A stretch of DNA of 64,000 nt from an uncultured Chloroflexia bacterium (GCA_963766735.1 CAVYBU010000019.1:1-64000); one strand, 5' to 3'; positions 24,392 to 35,869 are shown, numbered from the stretch's first letter. The notes: a model not told the origin generated them from the sequence alone. Numbers and translations are program-made.

Positions 24392-25663
24392 ATGGCAGAC
24401 CAGATCCGCGTTCTCATCGTCGACGACATCCCGGAGACCCGCGATCACCTCGCGAAGCTGCTCGGCTTCGAGACGGACATCGAGGTCGTCGGGAGCGGCG
24501 GCGTCCGGGCGCGAGGCACTCGAGATGGCCGCGCGGCTGACGCCCGACGTCGTCCTCATGGACATCAACATGCCGGACATGGACGGCATCGCCGCCACGG
24601 AGCACCTGGCGGCCGAGGTCCCGACCACGGCCGTCGTGATGATGTCCGTGCAGGGCGAGGCGGACTACCTCCGCCGGTCCATGCTGGCCGGCGCGCGCGA
24701 GTTCCTGGTCAAGCCCTTCTCCTCCGACGAGCTGACGTCGTCCATCCGGCAGGTCTACACCCGCGAGCGCGACAAGCTCTCCCGGATCGCCCTCCAGCCC
24801 GCCGCGCCGGCGACGCGCCGGCGGCCATGGCCGCCACGCCCGCAGGCCCGCGACGGACAGCGAGCCCGGCCGCGTGGTGGCGGTGTTCGGGCCCAAGGGC
24901 GGCGTCGGCCGGACGACCCTCGCGGTCAACCTGGCGGTCGCCGCAGCCACCGAGCTCGGCCAGCGCACGTGCCTCGTGGATGCCTCGTTCCAGTTCGGCG
25001 ACGTGGGCGTCCTGCTCAACCTCAACCCCAAGAACAAGTCCGTCGCGGACCTCATCCCGGAGCTGGAGAGCGGCGAGACCGAGTCGCTCGACACGTTCCT
25101 CATCAACCACTCCGCCGGCATCCGGGTGCTGCTGGCCCCGCCGTCACCCGAGATGGCCGAGCTCATCACGCCGCATGGCGCCAAGCGCATGATCGAGGCG
25201 CTGCGCGTGTCCCACGACCTGGTGGTCGTGGACTGCATGTCGTCCTTCAACGACACCACGCTCGCCATCCTGGATCTCGCCGACACCGTCCTCACGATGC
25301 TGTCGCTCGAGATCACGTCGATCAAGAACATCCGCCTCTTCCTGGAGGTGGCCGAGCAGCTCGGGCTACGGGTCGGACAAGGTCCGGCTGGTGCTGAACC
25401 GCGCCGACTCGTCGCTGGGCATCCGCGTCGCGGACGTGGAGCACTCGATCGGGCGGCGCGTGGATCACACGATCGTCTCCGACGGTCGGAGCGTCGTGTA
25501 CGCGCTCAACCGGGGAGTGCCGTTCTTCCTGTCAAACCGCGAGGCGCAGGTGTCCCAGGACGTCCTGCGGCTCGCGTCCGCGGTGGCGGGTTCCCGCACC
25601 GCGGAGGCCGGCGAGCCGGCCAAGAAGTCCGCGCAGAAGAAGTCGCTGTTCGCATGGCGATGA
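24392..25663 (+). CDS. cpaE: CpaE/TadZ pilus assembly protein (REC + MinD/ParA-like ATPase; frameshifts)
   Basis: RVLIVDDIPETRDHL, DVVLMDINMPDMDG, GAREFLVKPF, GPKGGVGRTTLAVNLA, VDASFQFGDV, LNRADS, ALNRGVPF. Confidence 0.88.
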
Positions 25664-25710
25664 CGAGGCAGCGAGAGCAAGGGCCGTTCACGGCCAAAGG
25701 GGTGTAGACG

Positions 25711-27122
25711 ATGTCTCTCCTCAAGCGCATCGAGAGCGCCCGTCCCGGCGCCGGGACAGGACCCGAAGGCGGTTCCAACGTCCCCGCGACCGCGCCGGGC
25801 GGGCTCCGGCGGCCAGCCGCCGGCCTCACGGCGGCGGCCGGCTGATGTCCCAGGCCCCGGTCCGCGAGTCGTTCCGGGACGTGAAGTTCCGGATCCAGAA
25901 CCGCGTCATCCAGGACCTGGACCCCAAGCTGGACCTGTCCAACCAGGTCGAGGTCCGCCGGCAGATCGAGGAGATCTTCGGCAAGGTCATCGACGAGGAG
26001 GGCCTCGCCCTCACCCGCGCCGAGCGGGTGCGGATGCTGGAGCAGATCACCGACGAGATCATCGGCCTCGGCCCGCTGGAGCCCCTGCTCCGCGACGAGA
26101 GCATCTCCGAGGTCATGGTCAACGGCCCGCGCCAGGTCTACATCGAGCGCACCGGCCAGCTGGAGCTGACCAACGTCGTCTTCCAGAACGACGACCACGT
26201 GATGCGCATCATCGATCGGATCATCGCCCCGATCGGCCGCCGCGTGGACGAGTCCAGCCCGATGGTGGACGCCCGCCTCACCGACGGCTCGCGCGTCAAC
26301 GCGATCATCCCGCCGCTGTCGCTGGTCGGCCCGGTCGTCACCATCCGGAAGTTCTCGGCCAGCCCGCTCACGGTGGACGACCTGATCCGGTTCGGCACCG
26401 CCACCCCGGAGATGTTCGAGTTCCTGCGCGCGTCCGTCGAGGCCCGCCTCAACGTCTTCGTGTCCGGCGGCACCGGCTCCGGCAAGACGACGACGCTCAA
26501 CGTCCTGTCGTCGTTCATCCCCAACGACGAGCGCATCGTGACGATCGAGGACGCGGCCGAGCTCCAGCTCCGCCAGGAGCACGTGGTGACGCTGGAGTCC
26601 CGCCCGCCCAACATCGAGGGCAAGGGCGCGATCCCGATCCGCGAGCTGGTCCGCAACTCGCTGCGGATGCGGCCCGACCGGATCATCGTCGGCGAGTGCC
26701 GCGGCGGCGAGGCGCTGGACATGCTCCAGGCCATGAACACGGGCCACGACGGCTCGATGTCCACCGGCCACGCCAACAGCCCCCGCGACATGCTGTCCCG
26801 CCTGGAGACGATGGTGCTGATGGCGGGCGTGGACCTGCCGGTGCGCGCCATCCGGGAGCAGATCGCCTCCGCGGTGGACGTCATCGTCCACCAGGCCCGC
26901 CTCAAGGACGGGACCCGCCGGATCACGAACATCACCGAGGTCCAGGGCATGGAGGGTGACGTCATCGTGATGCAGGACGTGTTCGTGTTCGAGCAGACCG
27001 GCGTCGTCGAGGGCAAGATCCAGGGCCGCCTGAAGCCGACCGGCATCCGGCCCAAGTTCGTCGAGAAGTTCGAGGTCCAGGGCATCCACCTGCCGCCGGG
27101 CCTCTTCGGCTTCAGCTACTAG
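25711..27122 (+). CDS. cpaF: Tad pilus assembly ATPase CpaF/TadA (frameshift near 25800-25845)
   Basis: MSLLKRIE start; GLGPLEPLL, SGGTGSGKTT, TIEDAAEL, LRMRPDRIIVGECRG, MNTGHDGSMSTGHAN. Confidence 0.95.
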
Positions 27123-27140
27123 GAAGGCGGGGAGCCCGCC

Positions 27141-28156
27141 ATGGACAACATGACGATCGTCATCGCCGGCATCGCCGCCCTCGCGATCCTCCTGATCGCG
27201 ATCGGGATCGCCATGTCCGGCAGCGGCTCCGGGGTCAACGCCCGCCTCGAGCGCTACGCCTCGGGCAAGCCCGAGAAGGTGGAGACACCGGCGAATGGCC
27301 AGGGCGGCATCGCCGCGGCCATGGCGTCCAGCGCCACCATGACCCAGCTCAACAAGGTGGTGGAGCAGCGCGACTTCGGCGCCAACCTGGCGCGCGAGAT
27401 CGCGCGGGCGGACCTGCGCTCAAGCCCAGCGAGTACCTGATGATCTGGGCCGGCTCCACCGTGGGCGTGCCGCTCCTGATGTTCGTGTTCTCGGTCGCGC
27501 TGCCGACCCTCGGCAACCCGATCATCCTCCTGGTGGGGCTCCTCGTCGGGTTCATGCTGCCGCGCTTCTGGCTGGGCCGCCGGAAGGGCGGGCGCCTCAG
27601 CACGTTCAACAAGCAGCTGCCGGACACGATCACGCTGATCGCCAACGCCCTGCGCGCGGGCTCCTCGTTCCTGCAGGCCATCGAGCTGGTGGTCCGCGAG
27701 TCGCAGCCGCCGATCTCCACGGAGTTCGGCCGCGTCATCCGGGAGGTCAACCTGGGCCTCTCCTTCGAGGTCGCCCTCGAGAACATGGTCCGGCGCGTCA
27801 GGTCCGACGACCTGGAGCTGATGGCCACCGCCATCTCGATCCAGCACACCGTCGGCGGCAACCTGGCCGAGATCCTGGACTCGATCGCGTACACGATCCG
27901 CGAGCGCGTCCGCATCCAGGGCGAGATCCGGACCCTCACCGCGCAGCAGCGCCTGTCCGGCTACGTGGTCGGGTTCCTGCCGATCGGCCTGGCCGGGTTC
28001 CTGTTCATCGCGGCCCCCAGGTTCATGGCGCCGATGTTCGACGACCGGATCTCGATCATCGGGCTGCCGGGCGGGGTGATCATCCTGATGCTGGGCGGCT
28101 TCTCGATGTTCATGGGCTTCATGTTCATCCGCAAAATCGTCGACATCGAGGTCTAG
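27141..28156 (+). CDS. tadB: Tad pilus platform protein TadB (T2SSF domain; frameshift near 27420)
   Basis: FNKQLPDTITLIANALRAGSSFLQA, GGNLAEILDSIAYTIRER, LTAQQRLSG. Confidence 0.9.
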
Positions 28157-28159
28157 CCC

Positions 28160-29092
28160 ATGGAGCCCCTGTCCCTGATCGTGGCGGCCATCGCAGTCGG
28201 CGCCATCCTGATGATCTTCGTCGGCCTGGCCGGCCGCGCCCCGGTGGACCCGGTCCAGGCCCGCCTGACCCAGCTGGGCACCGTCCAGGCGGCCAGACCT
28301 GGAGGAGCTGGAGCTCCAGCAGCCGCTCTTCGACCGCACCATCCGGCCGCTGGCGGACCGGCTGTCCGGGTCGGTCGGCGGGTCACGAGCACCTCCTTCT
28401 CCGCGACAACCGAGAAGCGCCTGGCGCTGGCGGGCAACCCCGGCGACCTGCGCATGGCCGACTGGCTGGGCATCAAGGCCGTCGGCGCGATCGTCGGCGC
28501 CGGCCTGTTCGTGCTGCTGTTCGTGGTCCCCGCCGTGATCAAGGTGTCGTTCCCGATCAACCTCGCGATGATCGCGGTCGGCGTGATGTTCGGCTACACC
28601 GTCCCCGAGTTCTGGCTGGGCGGGCGCATCAAGAAGCGCCAGAAGGCGATCCTGCTCCAGATCCCGGACGCCCTGGACCTGCTCACGATCTCCGTCCGCG
28701 CGGGCCTCGGCTTCGACGGCGCGCTGGGCAAGGTGGTCGAGAAGCTCAAGGGGCCCCTCACCGACGAGTTCCGGCGGGCGCTGGCCGAGATCCGCGTGGG
28801 CAAGGCCCGGCGGGACGCGCTGCGGGACATCGTCGGGCGCACCGAGGTGCCGGCCCTCACCAACTTCATCGGGGCGATCATCCAGGCCGAGCAGCTGGGC
28901 GTGTCGATCAGCAAGGTGCTCCAGGTCCAGTCCGAGCAGCTGCGGATCGAGCGCCGGCAGCGCGCCGAGGAGATGGCGGCCAAGGCGCCGATCAAGATGC
29001 TGTTCCCGCTGGTCGGGTGCATCTTCCCGTCGCTGTTCATCGTCATCCTGGGCCCGGCGATCATCCTGATCATGATCAACCTCACGGTCTGA
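28160..29092 (+). CDS. tadC: Tad pilus platform protein TadC (T2SSF domain)
   Basis: IPDALDLLTISVRAGLGFDGAL, IQAEQLGVSI, RAEEMAAKAPIKMLFPLVGCIFPSLF. Confidence 0.92.
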   Translation: MEPLSLIVAAIAVGAILMIFVGLAGRAPVDPVQARLTQLGTVQAARPGGAGAPAAALRPHHPAAGGPAVRVGRRVTSTSFSATTEKRLALAGNPGDLRMADWLGIKAVGAIVGAGLFVLLFVVPAVIKVSFPINLAMIAVGVMFGYTVPEFWLGGRIKKRQKAILLQIPDALDLLTISVRAGLGFDGALGKVVEKLKGPLTDEFRRALAEIRVGKARRDALRDIVGRTEVPALTNFIGAIIQAEQLGVSISKVLQVQSEQLRIERRQRAEEMAAKAPIKMLFPLVGCIFPSLFIVILGPAIILIMINLTV

Positions 29093-29100
29093 CCGGGGCG

Positions 29101-29545
29101 GTGGGGTCCGGCGGGTCGAGGCGGCAGGGTCCGAGGCGGGCCGGGCCGGGGGTTCGCGGCCGGGAGTTCGCGGCCGGGGGTCGCGCGCAACCTCGAGCGG
29201 GATGCCGTCCTGGCCGAGCGCCTGGAGACGGCCGCATCGCTCTGGGGCAAGTTCATGGGCCTGATGGGGCGCCCGTCGCTGCCGGCCGGCGAGGGGCTGT
29301 GGCTGCCGGCCAGCAACGGGATCCACATGATGTTCATGCGCTTCCCGATCGACGCGGTGTTCGTCTCCCGCCCGGACGCGGAGGGCGTGCGCCGCGTGCG
29401 ATCGGTGCATCGCGGGTTGCGGCGGTGGACGGGGGTCGTGTGGCTGGTCCGGGGCGCGGACGGCGTGCTGGAGCTGCCGGTCGGGACGATCGACGCGACT
29501 GGGACCGCGGTGGGCGACCGGGTGGAGATCCGCGAGACCGCGTAG
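29101..29545 (+). CDS. DUF192-domain protein (start uncertain)
   Basis: VLAERLETAASLWGKFMGLMGRPSLPAGEGLWL...IHMMFMRFPIDAVFV...VLELPVG. Confidence 0.8.
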
Positions 29546-29678
29546 GGGTTGCGGGCGCGCGGGGCGTTTCGGCGTGGGCGCGGGGCGGCGCGGGGGCCGG
29601 GCGCGCGCGCGGCCGGGCGCGGGACCCGGGCGCAACATGGTGAGCCGCACATAAGCGGCTCGCGCCATCGTTCGGGTC

Positions 29679-30353
29679 GTGATCCGCGGATTGAACCCCA
29701 TCGGCCGCCTCCTGGACCTCGCCCTGCCCGCCGCCTGCGCCGGCTGTGGCGTGGAGGGCGAGCCTCTCTGCGCCACCTGCCGCCCCGCGCTGGACGCGCG
29801 GCTCACGCTGCCGGCGGGAACGCCTCTGGGGCTCGCTGACGGTCCCCCCGAGCCGCTGCTCCAGCTGGACTGGTGCGCCCCGTTCGCGGGCGTGACGCGG
29901 CGCGCCCTGCACGCGCTCAAGTACACGGGCGAACGCCGGCTGGCCGTCCCGCTGGGCGCTGCCGTCGCGGCCCGATGGCGCGCGGCTGGGGCGGGCGGCG
30001 ACCTCTTCGTCCCGGTGCCGGTCCACGCGTCGCGGCGCCGGGAGCGAGGGTTCGACCAGGCGGAGCTCATCGCCGCGGCGGCATCGGACGCCCTCGGTCT
30101 CCCGTGGCGGCCGGCTCTCGTCCGCGCCCGGGCGACAGCGGCGCAGTACCGACTGGATCGCGGCCACCGGGCGAGGAACGTGCACGCCGCGTTCGAGGTT
30201 CGCAACGGATCGACGGCCGCGGTCGCGGGGCGCTGGGTGGTGCTGGTGGACGATGTCGTCACGACGGGCGCGACGCTGGCCGCCTGCGCGGAGGCGCTCC
30301 TGGCATCCGGGGCGACCGCCGTCAGCGCCGTGACCGTTGCCCGGGAACGATAG
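29679..30353 (+). CDS. comF: ComF/ComFC-family protein (zinc ribbon + phosphoribosyltransferase-like)
   Basis: CAGC..LCATC, LKY, VPVPVH..RRRERGFDQAEL, RARNVHAAF, VLVDDVVTTGATL. Confidence 0.92.
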   Translation: MIRGLNPIGRLLDLALPAACAGCGVEGEPLCATCRPALDARLTLPAGTPLGLADGPPEPLLQLDWCAPFAGVTRRALHALKYTGERRLAVPLGAAVAARWRAAGAGGDLFVPVPVHASRRRERGFDQAELIAAAASDALGLPWRPALVRARATAAQYRLDRGHRARNVHAAFEVRNGSTAAVAGRWVVLVDDVVTTGATLAACAEALLASGATAVSAVTVARER

Positions 30354-30398
30354 GACGATGGCGCCACCTGGCCCTGTGGGCCGGCTCCCGCACCCGTC

Positions 30399-30460
30399 TA
30401 TACTCGAACCCCGGGTGGGGCCGATATCCCCGGGTGGGGCCGCCATCGCCGGCCCACCCG
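30399..30460 (+). promoter_or_regulatory. hpf -10 box (TATACT) and leader with a tandem 15-nt direct repeat
   Basis: TATACT at 30399; CCCCGGGTGGGGCCG at 30409 and 30428. Confidence 0.45.
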
Positions 30461-30500
30461 CCCCCGCAGCCAGGCGCACCGCAGCGCCGGGAGGTCAACC

Positions 30501-31094
30501 GTGAGGACGATCGTCAGGGGCAAGAACATCGAGGTTCCGGACCGGGTCCGGCGGTACACCGAACGCAAGTTCGTCCGCCTCGAGCGCTTCCTTGATGACC
30601 GCACGGACGCCGTCGTCGAGCTCTCCAACGAGGCACATCGGAGTGCCGCCGACGCGCACATCGTGGACGTCACGCTCATCATCGACGGGACGACGCTGCG
30701 CAGCCGCGCGACCGGAAGCTCGTACCAGGCCGCCCTCGACGAGGTCGTGGACAAGGTCGAGCGCCAGGCGATCGACCACAAGGAGAAGCCCCGCGTCCGT
30801 TCCCGCCCGGAGCTGGAGAAGGCGCTCCTCCGCAAGATCGCGGACGGGACGGCCGACGCCACCAGCGATCGGCAGATCGTCAAGACCAAGCGCTTCGCCA
30901 TCGAACCGATGTTCGAGGAGGACGCGGTCACGGCGATGGAGGAGCTGGGCCACGACTTCTACGTCTTCGTGAACGCCGAGAACGAGCACGTGGCGGTCCT
31001 CTACCGCCGCAAGGACGGGCGTTACGGCCTGATCGAGCCGGTGGTGGGCGGCGAGTACACCCAGCGCAAGCCGTCCAAGGACGCTCGCCGGTAG
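30501..31094 (+). CDS. hpf: Long ribosome hibernation promoting factor (HPF/RaiA/YvyD)
   Basis: MRTIVRGKNIEV..., YQAALDEVVDKVERQ, IVKTKRF..PM..EDAVTAMEELGHDFYVF, VLYRRKDGRYGLIEP. Confidence 0.95.
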   Translation: MRTIVRGKNIEVPDRVRRYTERKFVRLERFLDDRTDAVVELSNEAHRSAADAHIVDVTLIIDGTTLRSRATGSSYQAALDEVVDKVERQAIDHKEKPRVRSRPELEKALLRKIADGTADATSDRQIVKTKRFAIEPMFEEDAVTAMEELGHDFYVFVNAENEHVAVLYRRKDGRYGLIEPVVGGEYTQRKPSKDARR

Positions 31095-31234
31095 GAGCGA
31101 CTGCCGGCAGGCGGCGGGGCGGGCTGGACGGCGGGGCGCTCGGCGGCTCCGGCGGCGGGGCGGCCCCGGCGGCGGGCGAGGGTCCCCGCCCCACGTCCTG
31201 GTTCTCCGGCGCGCCGGTCGGCTAGGATCGAGGG

Positions 31235-32179
31235 ATGCTGCCGAACGGACGGCGCCTCGGCGCACACCTGCCGCTGGGCCACGGGATGGTCCGGGCCGCC
31301 GATCGGGCGGCCGAGATCGGCGCGTCGGCCCTCCAGGTGTTCAGCGACAACCCGACGTCCTGGCGCCGCCGCGAGGCGCTGCCGAGGGAGCTGCCGGCCT
31401 TCCGGGACCGCCTCGGCGCGCACGGCATTGCCCCGCTGGCCGTCCACGCGCCATACCTGATCAACCTCGCCGGCCCGGAGCCGGAGCTGCGCGTCGGTCC
31501 GTCTCGTCCTGGCGAACGAGCTGCGGGTGGCGCCGCGTACGGGGCCCGCTTCGTCAACGTGCACATCGGCTCGCACCGGGGAGCCGGCCCGGCCGCCGGC
31601 ATGGACCGGCTGGCGACGGCATCCGGCGGCGTTCGACGGCGGACGGACGGCGGGCACCGACGCGGTGATCCTGGTGCTCGAGAACGGCGCCGGCGCCGGG
31701 TTGGGCTGGGGTCGACGTTCAGGAGCTGCGCTGATCGACGAGGCGGTGGCGGCCGCGGGCGTCGACCTCGAGCGCTTCGGGTTCTGCCTGGACACCGCCC
31801 ACGCCTGGGGCGCCGGCTACCCCATCGACAAGCCTGAGGGCGTCGACGCGCCGCTGGCGGAGTTCGACGCGCGGATCGGCCTGGGCCGCCTCCACATGGT
31901 GCACCTGAACGACTCGCGCGCGGAGCGGGGCAGCCGGGCCGACCGCCACGAGCACGTGGGGCCGGGGAGATCGGCGTGGCGGGGCTCCGGCGGGTGCTGA
32001 CGCACCCCGGCCTGAATCACGTCCGTACTTCCTCGAGACGCCCGGGCATGGAGGATCGGCTACGACGCCATCAACATGGCGCGCGCCCGACCTCGCTGCG
32101 GGCGAACCGCTCGGATCTCCCGCCGAGGCGTCGCGACCGCGGAGGCGGCCGGGGCCGCGCACCGCCGGCGGGGTCGTGA
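31235..32179 (+). CDS. nfo: Endonuclease IV (heavily frameshifted; end approximate)
   Basis: LGAH, LQVFSDNPTSW, VHAPYLINLA, NVHIGSH, LENGAG, FCLDTAHAWGAGY, HLNDS, DRHEHVG. Confidence 0.88.
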
Positions 32180-33770
32180 CGATCTGCCGGCGGGGCGCGG
32201 TCACCCCGTCGGAGTAGCGCCCGTGGGACGTCGCCGACCGACGCATCCCCAGGCAGGTCGAGTGGCTGGGTACCGGCCTGGGCGCTGGCCGCGATCGCGC
32301 TGCTGCTGCGCGCCGCCTCGCGGCTGCCAGGCCTCGCGACACGCGGGCCCTGGGACGCGGACCAGGGGCACACGACCTGCTCACGGTCATGGAGCATCGT
32401 GCCGGGACGGGGAGCGTACCCCTTCTCGGACCTACGACCCAGCTTCCCGGACGTTCCACCACGGCGCGATCTACTACTACCTCCTGGCCCCGGCAGCTGC
32501 GCTCAGCGACACGGATCCGATCGACGGTCACGCTAACATTCGCTCTTTGCCGGCGATCGTCGCTGTCGCGGAGTCTGGTGGCTGGCGTGGCTATCGGCGG
32601 GCCTCTGGCGGCGCGGCGGCCGGCCTGCTGACGGCTATCTCGCCATCTGGTCTCGACGGTCCACCTTCATCTGGAACCCGAACCTGATGGTGGCGGCTGC
32701 GATGTCGGGCGCCCTGATCGGAGCCGGGCCGAGACCGGGGGTGGGTGCTCGCGGGGATCGGCGCGATGATCACGATGCATGCCACGTGCTGGGCGGTCAT
32801 CGTCCGGCCGCGTCGCCTGGGCCAGATGTCCGGGAGGCGGACGCCGGTCCCGCGGACCCGGGCACGGACCGGACGCCGGTGCTCCTGCCGGTGCGGCGGG
32901 TGTGCCGCCTGGTGATCGCCGCCGGGTACCTGCCGCTGCGGCATACGAGCTGCAGAATGGCTTCGCGAGACCCGCGCAATCGTCGCCGACGTTGTGGGCG
33001 GTGGCCGGACGCGCCGGGCTTGCGGTTCGCGTCGTCCTCGTGGGGCTGCGCTCGATCACGTGGCCGTTCGTCGGGCTGTTGTCGACCGGCTGGCGCTTGG
33101 GGCGATCGCCGCGGCGGTCTGGCGGGCGCGGCGCATGGTCGCGGGAAGCGGACCGGGCGGACGTGCGGTGGCCGCTGGGACGCTCGGGTCACGGTGGTGG
33201 CGCTGGCACTCTTCGCTCCCCGCCTGGCCACCGTGGTCGCGGTCTGCCCGTCGACCACTACCACGCGTTCCTCGACCCGGTCGTCGTGGTCGCCGGCGTC
33301 GGCCTGGCAGCCCTGGCCCGACGAGGGCGGGCCGGGACCGCCGTCGCGGCCGCGGTTCTGGTCGGCCTGGTGGCCTGGAACCTGGCGACCGCCGGCGGCG
33401 GTCGCGGGCGACGGAGGCTGGCCGGCCGCGGAGAGCGCGCCGGGGAGCGCATCATCGACGCTGCCGGCGACGCGCCGCTGGCGTTCGTCGGCCTGCCCTC
33501 GTTCAAGGGTCCGGACGCCCACCGCTTCCCGGTCACGCGCCGGGGCGCGCTCGTCGTCACGGCCGGCGAGGCGCTTCCGCCCGGTGGCCTCGTGGTGGTG
33601 CTCTGCGAGGACCTCTGGACGCACCTGATCGGGGCGCCCTGCGGCGGGCCGGCCGAGGATCCGGCCGCCGCGTCGTCACCCGCCGCGGGCGGCCGTCCCT
33701 CAGCCTGATCGAGCGCTTCGCGCCGGCCCGGGACGAGTGCTGCTCCGTCTATCGCGCGGCGTCCGGCTGA
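32176..33770 (+). CDS. GT-C (ArnT/PMT, GT39-like) membrane glycosyltransferase, sequence badly degraded by indels
   Basis: Fragments RGPWDADQGH, VPLLGPTT, FHHGAIYYYLLAP, AAAGLLTAISP, FIWNPNL, LPVDHYHAFLDP and multiple TM stretches. Confidence 0.55.
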
Positions 33771-33826
33771 TCGTCGGGCCGCGCACGAGGTGCCCGCCCG
33801 ACAGGCCGGGTGCGGGCGCGGGACAT

Positions 33827-33859
33827 GCGAACGCCGGCCCCTCAGAAGCCGGCGTTCGC
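33827..33859. terminator. Hairpin between convergent genes
   Basis: GCGAACGCCGGC-N9-GCCGGCGTTCGC perfect 12-bp stem. Confidence 0.55.
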
Positions 33860-33915
33860 TGTCCCCGAGACCCAGTCCAGGAGGGTGGACCGGGCCTGTG
33901 CCCTGGAATGTCGGT

Positions 33916-34470
33916 TCAGGACCGGCCGGGAGGCCGGATCGGACGCACCGCGGGTCGCGGCGCTCCGTAGCGCTGAGGTGGTGCGGCGCGCGTGACGGTG
34001 GGTGCCGCGACGCCGCCCGACGCGCCGACGGATCGCCCGTAGACGCCCCCGCGACGCTCGACGCGCCGTTGCTGCCGCCGGCCGGTTCGGCCGTCCCGAT
34101 GCTCGAGTACGTCCGCGCGAACCGGCGCACCCGAACGGCCAGGTAGTACTCCATGATCTGGCGGACCTGCGGCTCGGTGAGCGCCTCGTCGGCGCGCAGC
34201 GAGTACTCGACGCGGGCCGTCGGGTTCTGCGGCCCGACGGACACCACGCCCAGCGCGGTGGGCGTGTCGGCGTCGTCGTGGATCTCGCGCAGGCCCGCGG
34301 CCAGCTTCGGTGGCCGTGCCGAGCGACGGCATGCGGTCCCCGCGGATCAGGCGGGAGATCGTCGAGTGGTCCACACCCGACTGCTGCGCCAGCTGGCGCT
34401 GCGACATCTTCTTGGCCTTGAGCTGCGCTCGCAGCCATTCGTTGAAGGCGCGGCCGTTGTCGGTCGTCAT
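33916..34470 (-). CDS. XRE-family helix-turn-helix regulator (frameshift near 34308; C-terminus uncertain)
   Basis: FNEWLRAQLKAKKMSQRQLAQQSGVDHSTISRLIRGDRMPSLGTAT/KLA. Confidence 0.8.
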   Translation of the reverse strand: MTTDNGRAFNEWLRAQLKAKKMSQRQLAQQSGVDHSTISRLIRGDRMPSLGTATEAGRGPARDPRRRRHAHRAGRGVRRAAEPDGPRRVLAARRRGAHRAAGPPDHGVLPGRSGAPVRADVLEHRDGRTGRRQQRRVERRGGVYGRSVGASGGVAAPTVTRAAPPQRYGAPRPAVRPIRPPGRS

Positions 34471-34663
34471 CTCGCTCTGGGCTAGGGCCCGCGTGCCGTA
34501 CGCGGGATTGACTGCAGTGTCGGGTGGATGGTGCGTCCGCCCAATCCCCCGTTGGTACTCACCGGCGGTGCACCCACGCGGCCACGACCGTGCGGTGTGG
34601 TGCCGTCGTGTGGGGTCCGGGCGTAGCCCGATTGGGGTAGGGGGTCCGGGTCCCCCCGCGCCG

Positions 34664-35869
34664 TCAGGTCGCGGGGACGGCGGCCTCGGCCGGCTGCGTG
34701 AGACCCTCGCCGCGCGGCTTGCCCGAGATCGCGTACAGGATCGATCCGAACACGATCACCGAGAACACGCTGATCACCCGGTCGAGCAGGGCGATCGCGG
34801 TCGCCTCGGCCAGGGGCACGCCGTAGACGAGGGTGAGCACGCCGACGATCCCGGCCTCCACGATGCCCAGGCCGGCCGGGCTCAGGGGCACGGCCGTGAG
34901 CAGCGAGCCGATCAGGGCGACGAACACCGCGCCGGAGATGCCGAGCTCCACGCCCGGGAACCCGAGCGCCAGCACCACGAAGTAGAGCCGGAGGGCCTCG
35001 GTCATCCAGATCGCGACCCCGAGCACGCCCAGGGGCGGCAGCTGCCTGCGCTTCAGCGCGCCGAACACGCCCTGCTCGAAGCGGTCGTAGAACTCCACGA
35101 TCCGCTGCGGGAGGAAGCGCATCGCAACCAGGATCCGGCGCCCGAAGTTGCGCAGCGTGAACAGCGCGACCGCGAGGAGGACCACGATCACGAGCGCGAC
35201 GGCGAAGACCGCCTGGATCTCCGGGGGCAGGCCGTTGCGGAAGCTCCAGAACCCGGCGGCGATGCCGAGCAGCGCGATCGTGAAGATGTCCAGGACCCGC
35301 TCGATGAACACCGTCCCGAAGGTCCGGCTGAGCGACGCATCGCTGTTGATCCGCAGGAGGTAGGCGCGGTACACGTCGCCGAGCTTGGCGGGGATGAGGC
35401 AGTTCACGAGCCAGGACAGGTAGAGGATCTCGGTGGAGTCCTTGACGATGATCCGGAAACCCGTCCCGCGGAGCAGCATCGCCCAGCGCAGGCCACGCAG
35501 GGGGAAGCCCGCATAGAACACCAGGAAGGCGACCAGCACCAGGAACGGGTTGGCGCCGGCGATCAGGCCGGGCACCTTGGACAGCGTCTCGCCGTTGAGG
35601 GCGACGAAGAAGGCGATGATCGCGAGCGGGACCAGGATCGAGACGATCGTCTTGGTCTGGCGCAGGCGGCTGCTCAGCGAGACACGCTCGATGGCGTCGT
35701 CGCTGGCGCCCGGCTCGGCGGGCGCCGAAGCAGGAGTGACGCCGGGCTCACCGGCCGGCCGGGGGTGGGTGGCGGACAGCTCCGCACCGATCTCCATCGC
35801 ATCGGACCGTACCGGATCGGCGGCACCCGGCTCTACCGGACGATGGTCCTGCCCCTCGCCCCCGGTCAT
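34664..35869 (-). CDS. Lysylphosphatidylglycerol-synthase TM (flippase-like, UPF0104) protein
   Basis: LRGLRW, NCLIPAKLGDVYRAY, GTVFIERVLD, PLSPAGLGIVEAG, LLDRVIS. Confidence 0.88.
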   Translation of the reverse strand: MTGGEGQDHRPVEPGAADPVRSDAMEIGAELSATHPRPAGEPGVTPASAPAEPGASDDAIERVSLSSRLRQTKTIVSILVPLAIIAFFVALNGETLSKVPGLIAGANPFLVLVAFLVFYAGFPLRGLRWAMLLRGTGFRIIVKDSTEILYLSWLVNCLIPAKLGDVYRAYLLRINSDASLSRTFGTVFIERVLDIFTIALLGIAAGFWSFRNGLPPEIQAVFAVALVIVVLLAVALFTLRNFGRRILVAMRFLPQRIVEFYDRFEQGVFGALKRRQLPPLGVLGVAIWMTEALRLYFVVLALGFPGVELGISGAVFVALIGSLLTAVPLSPAGLGIVEAGIVGVLTLVYGVPLAEATAIALLDRVISVFSVIVFGSILYAISGKPRGEGLTQPAEAAVPAT

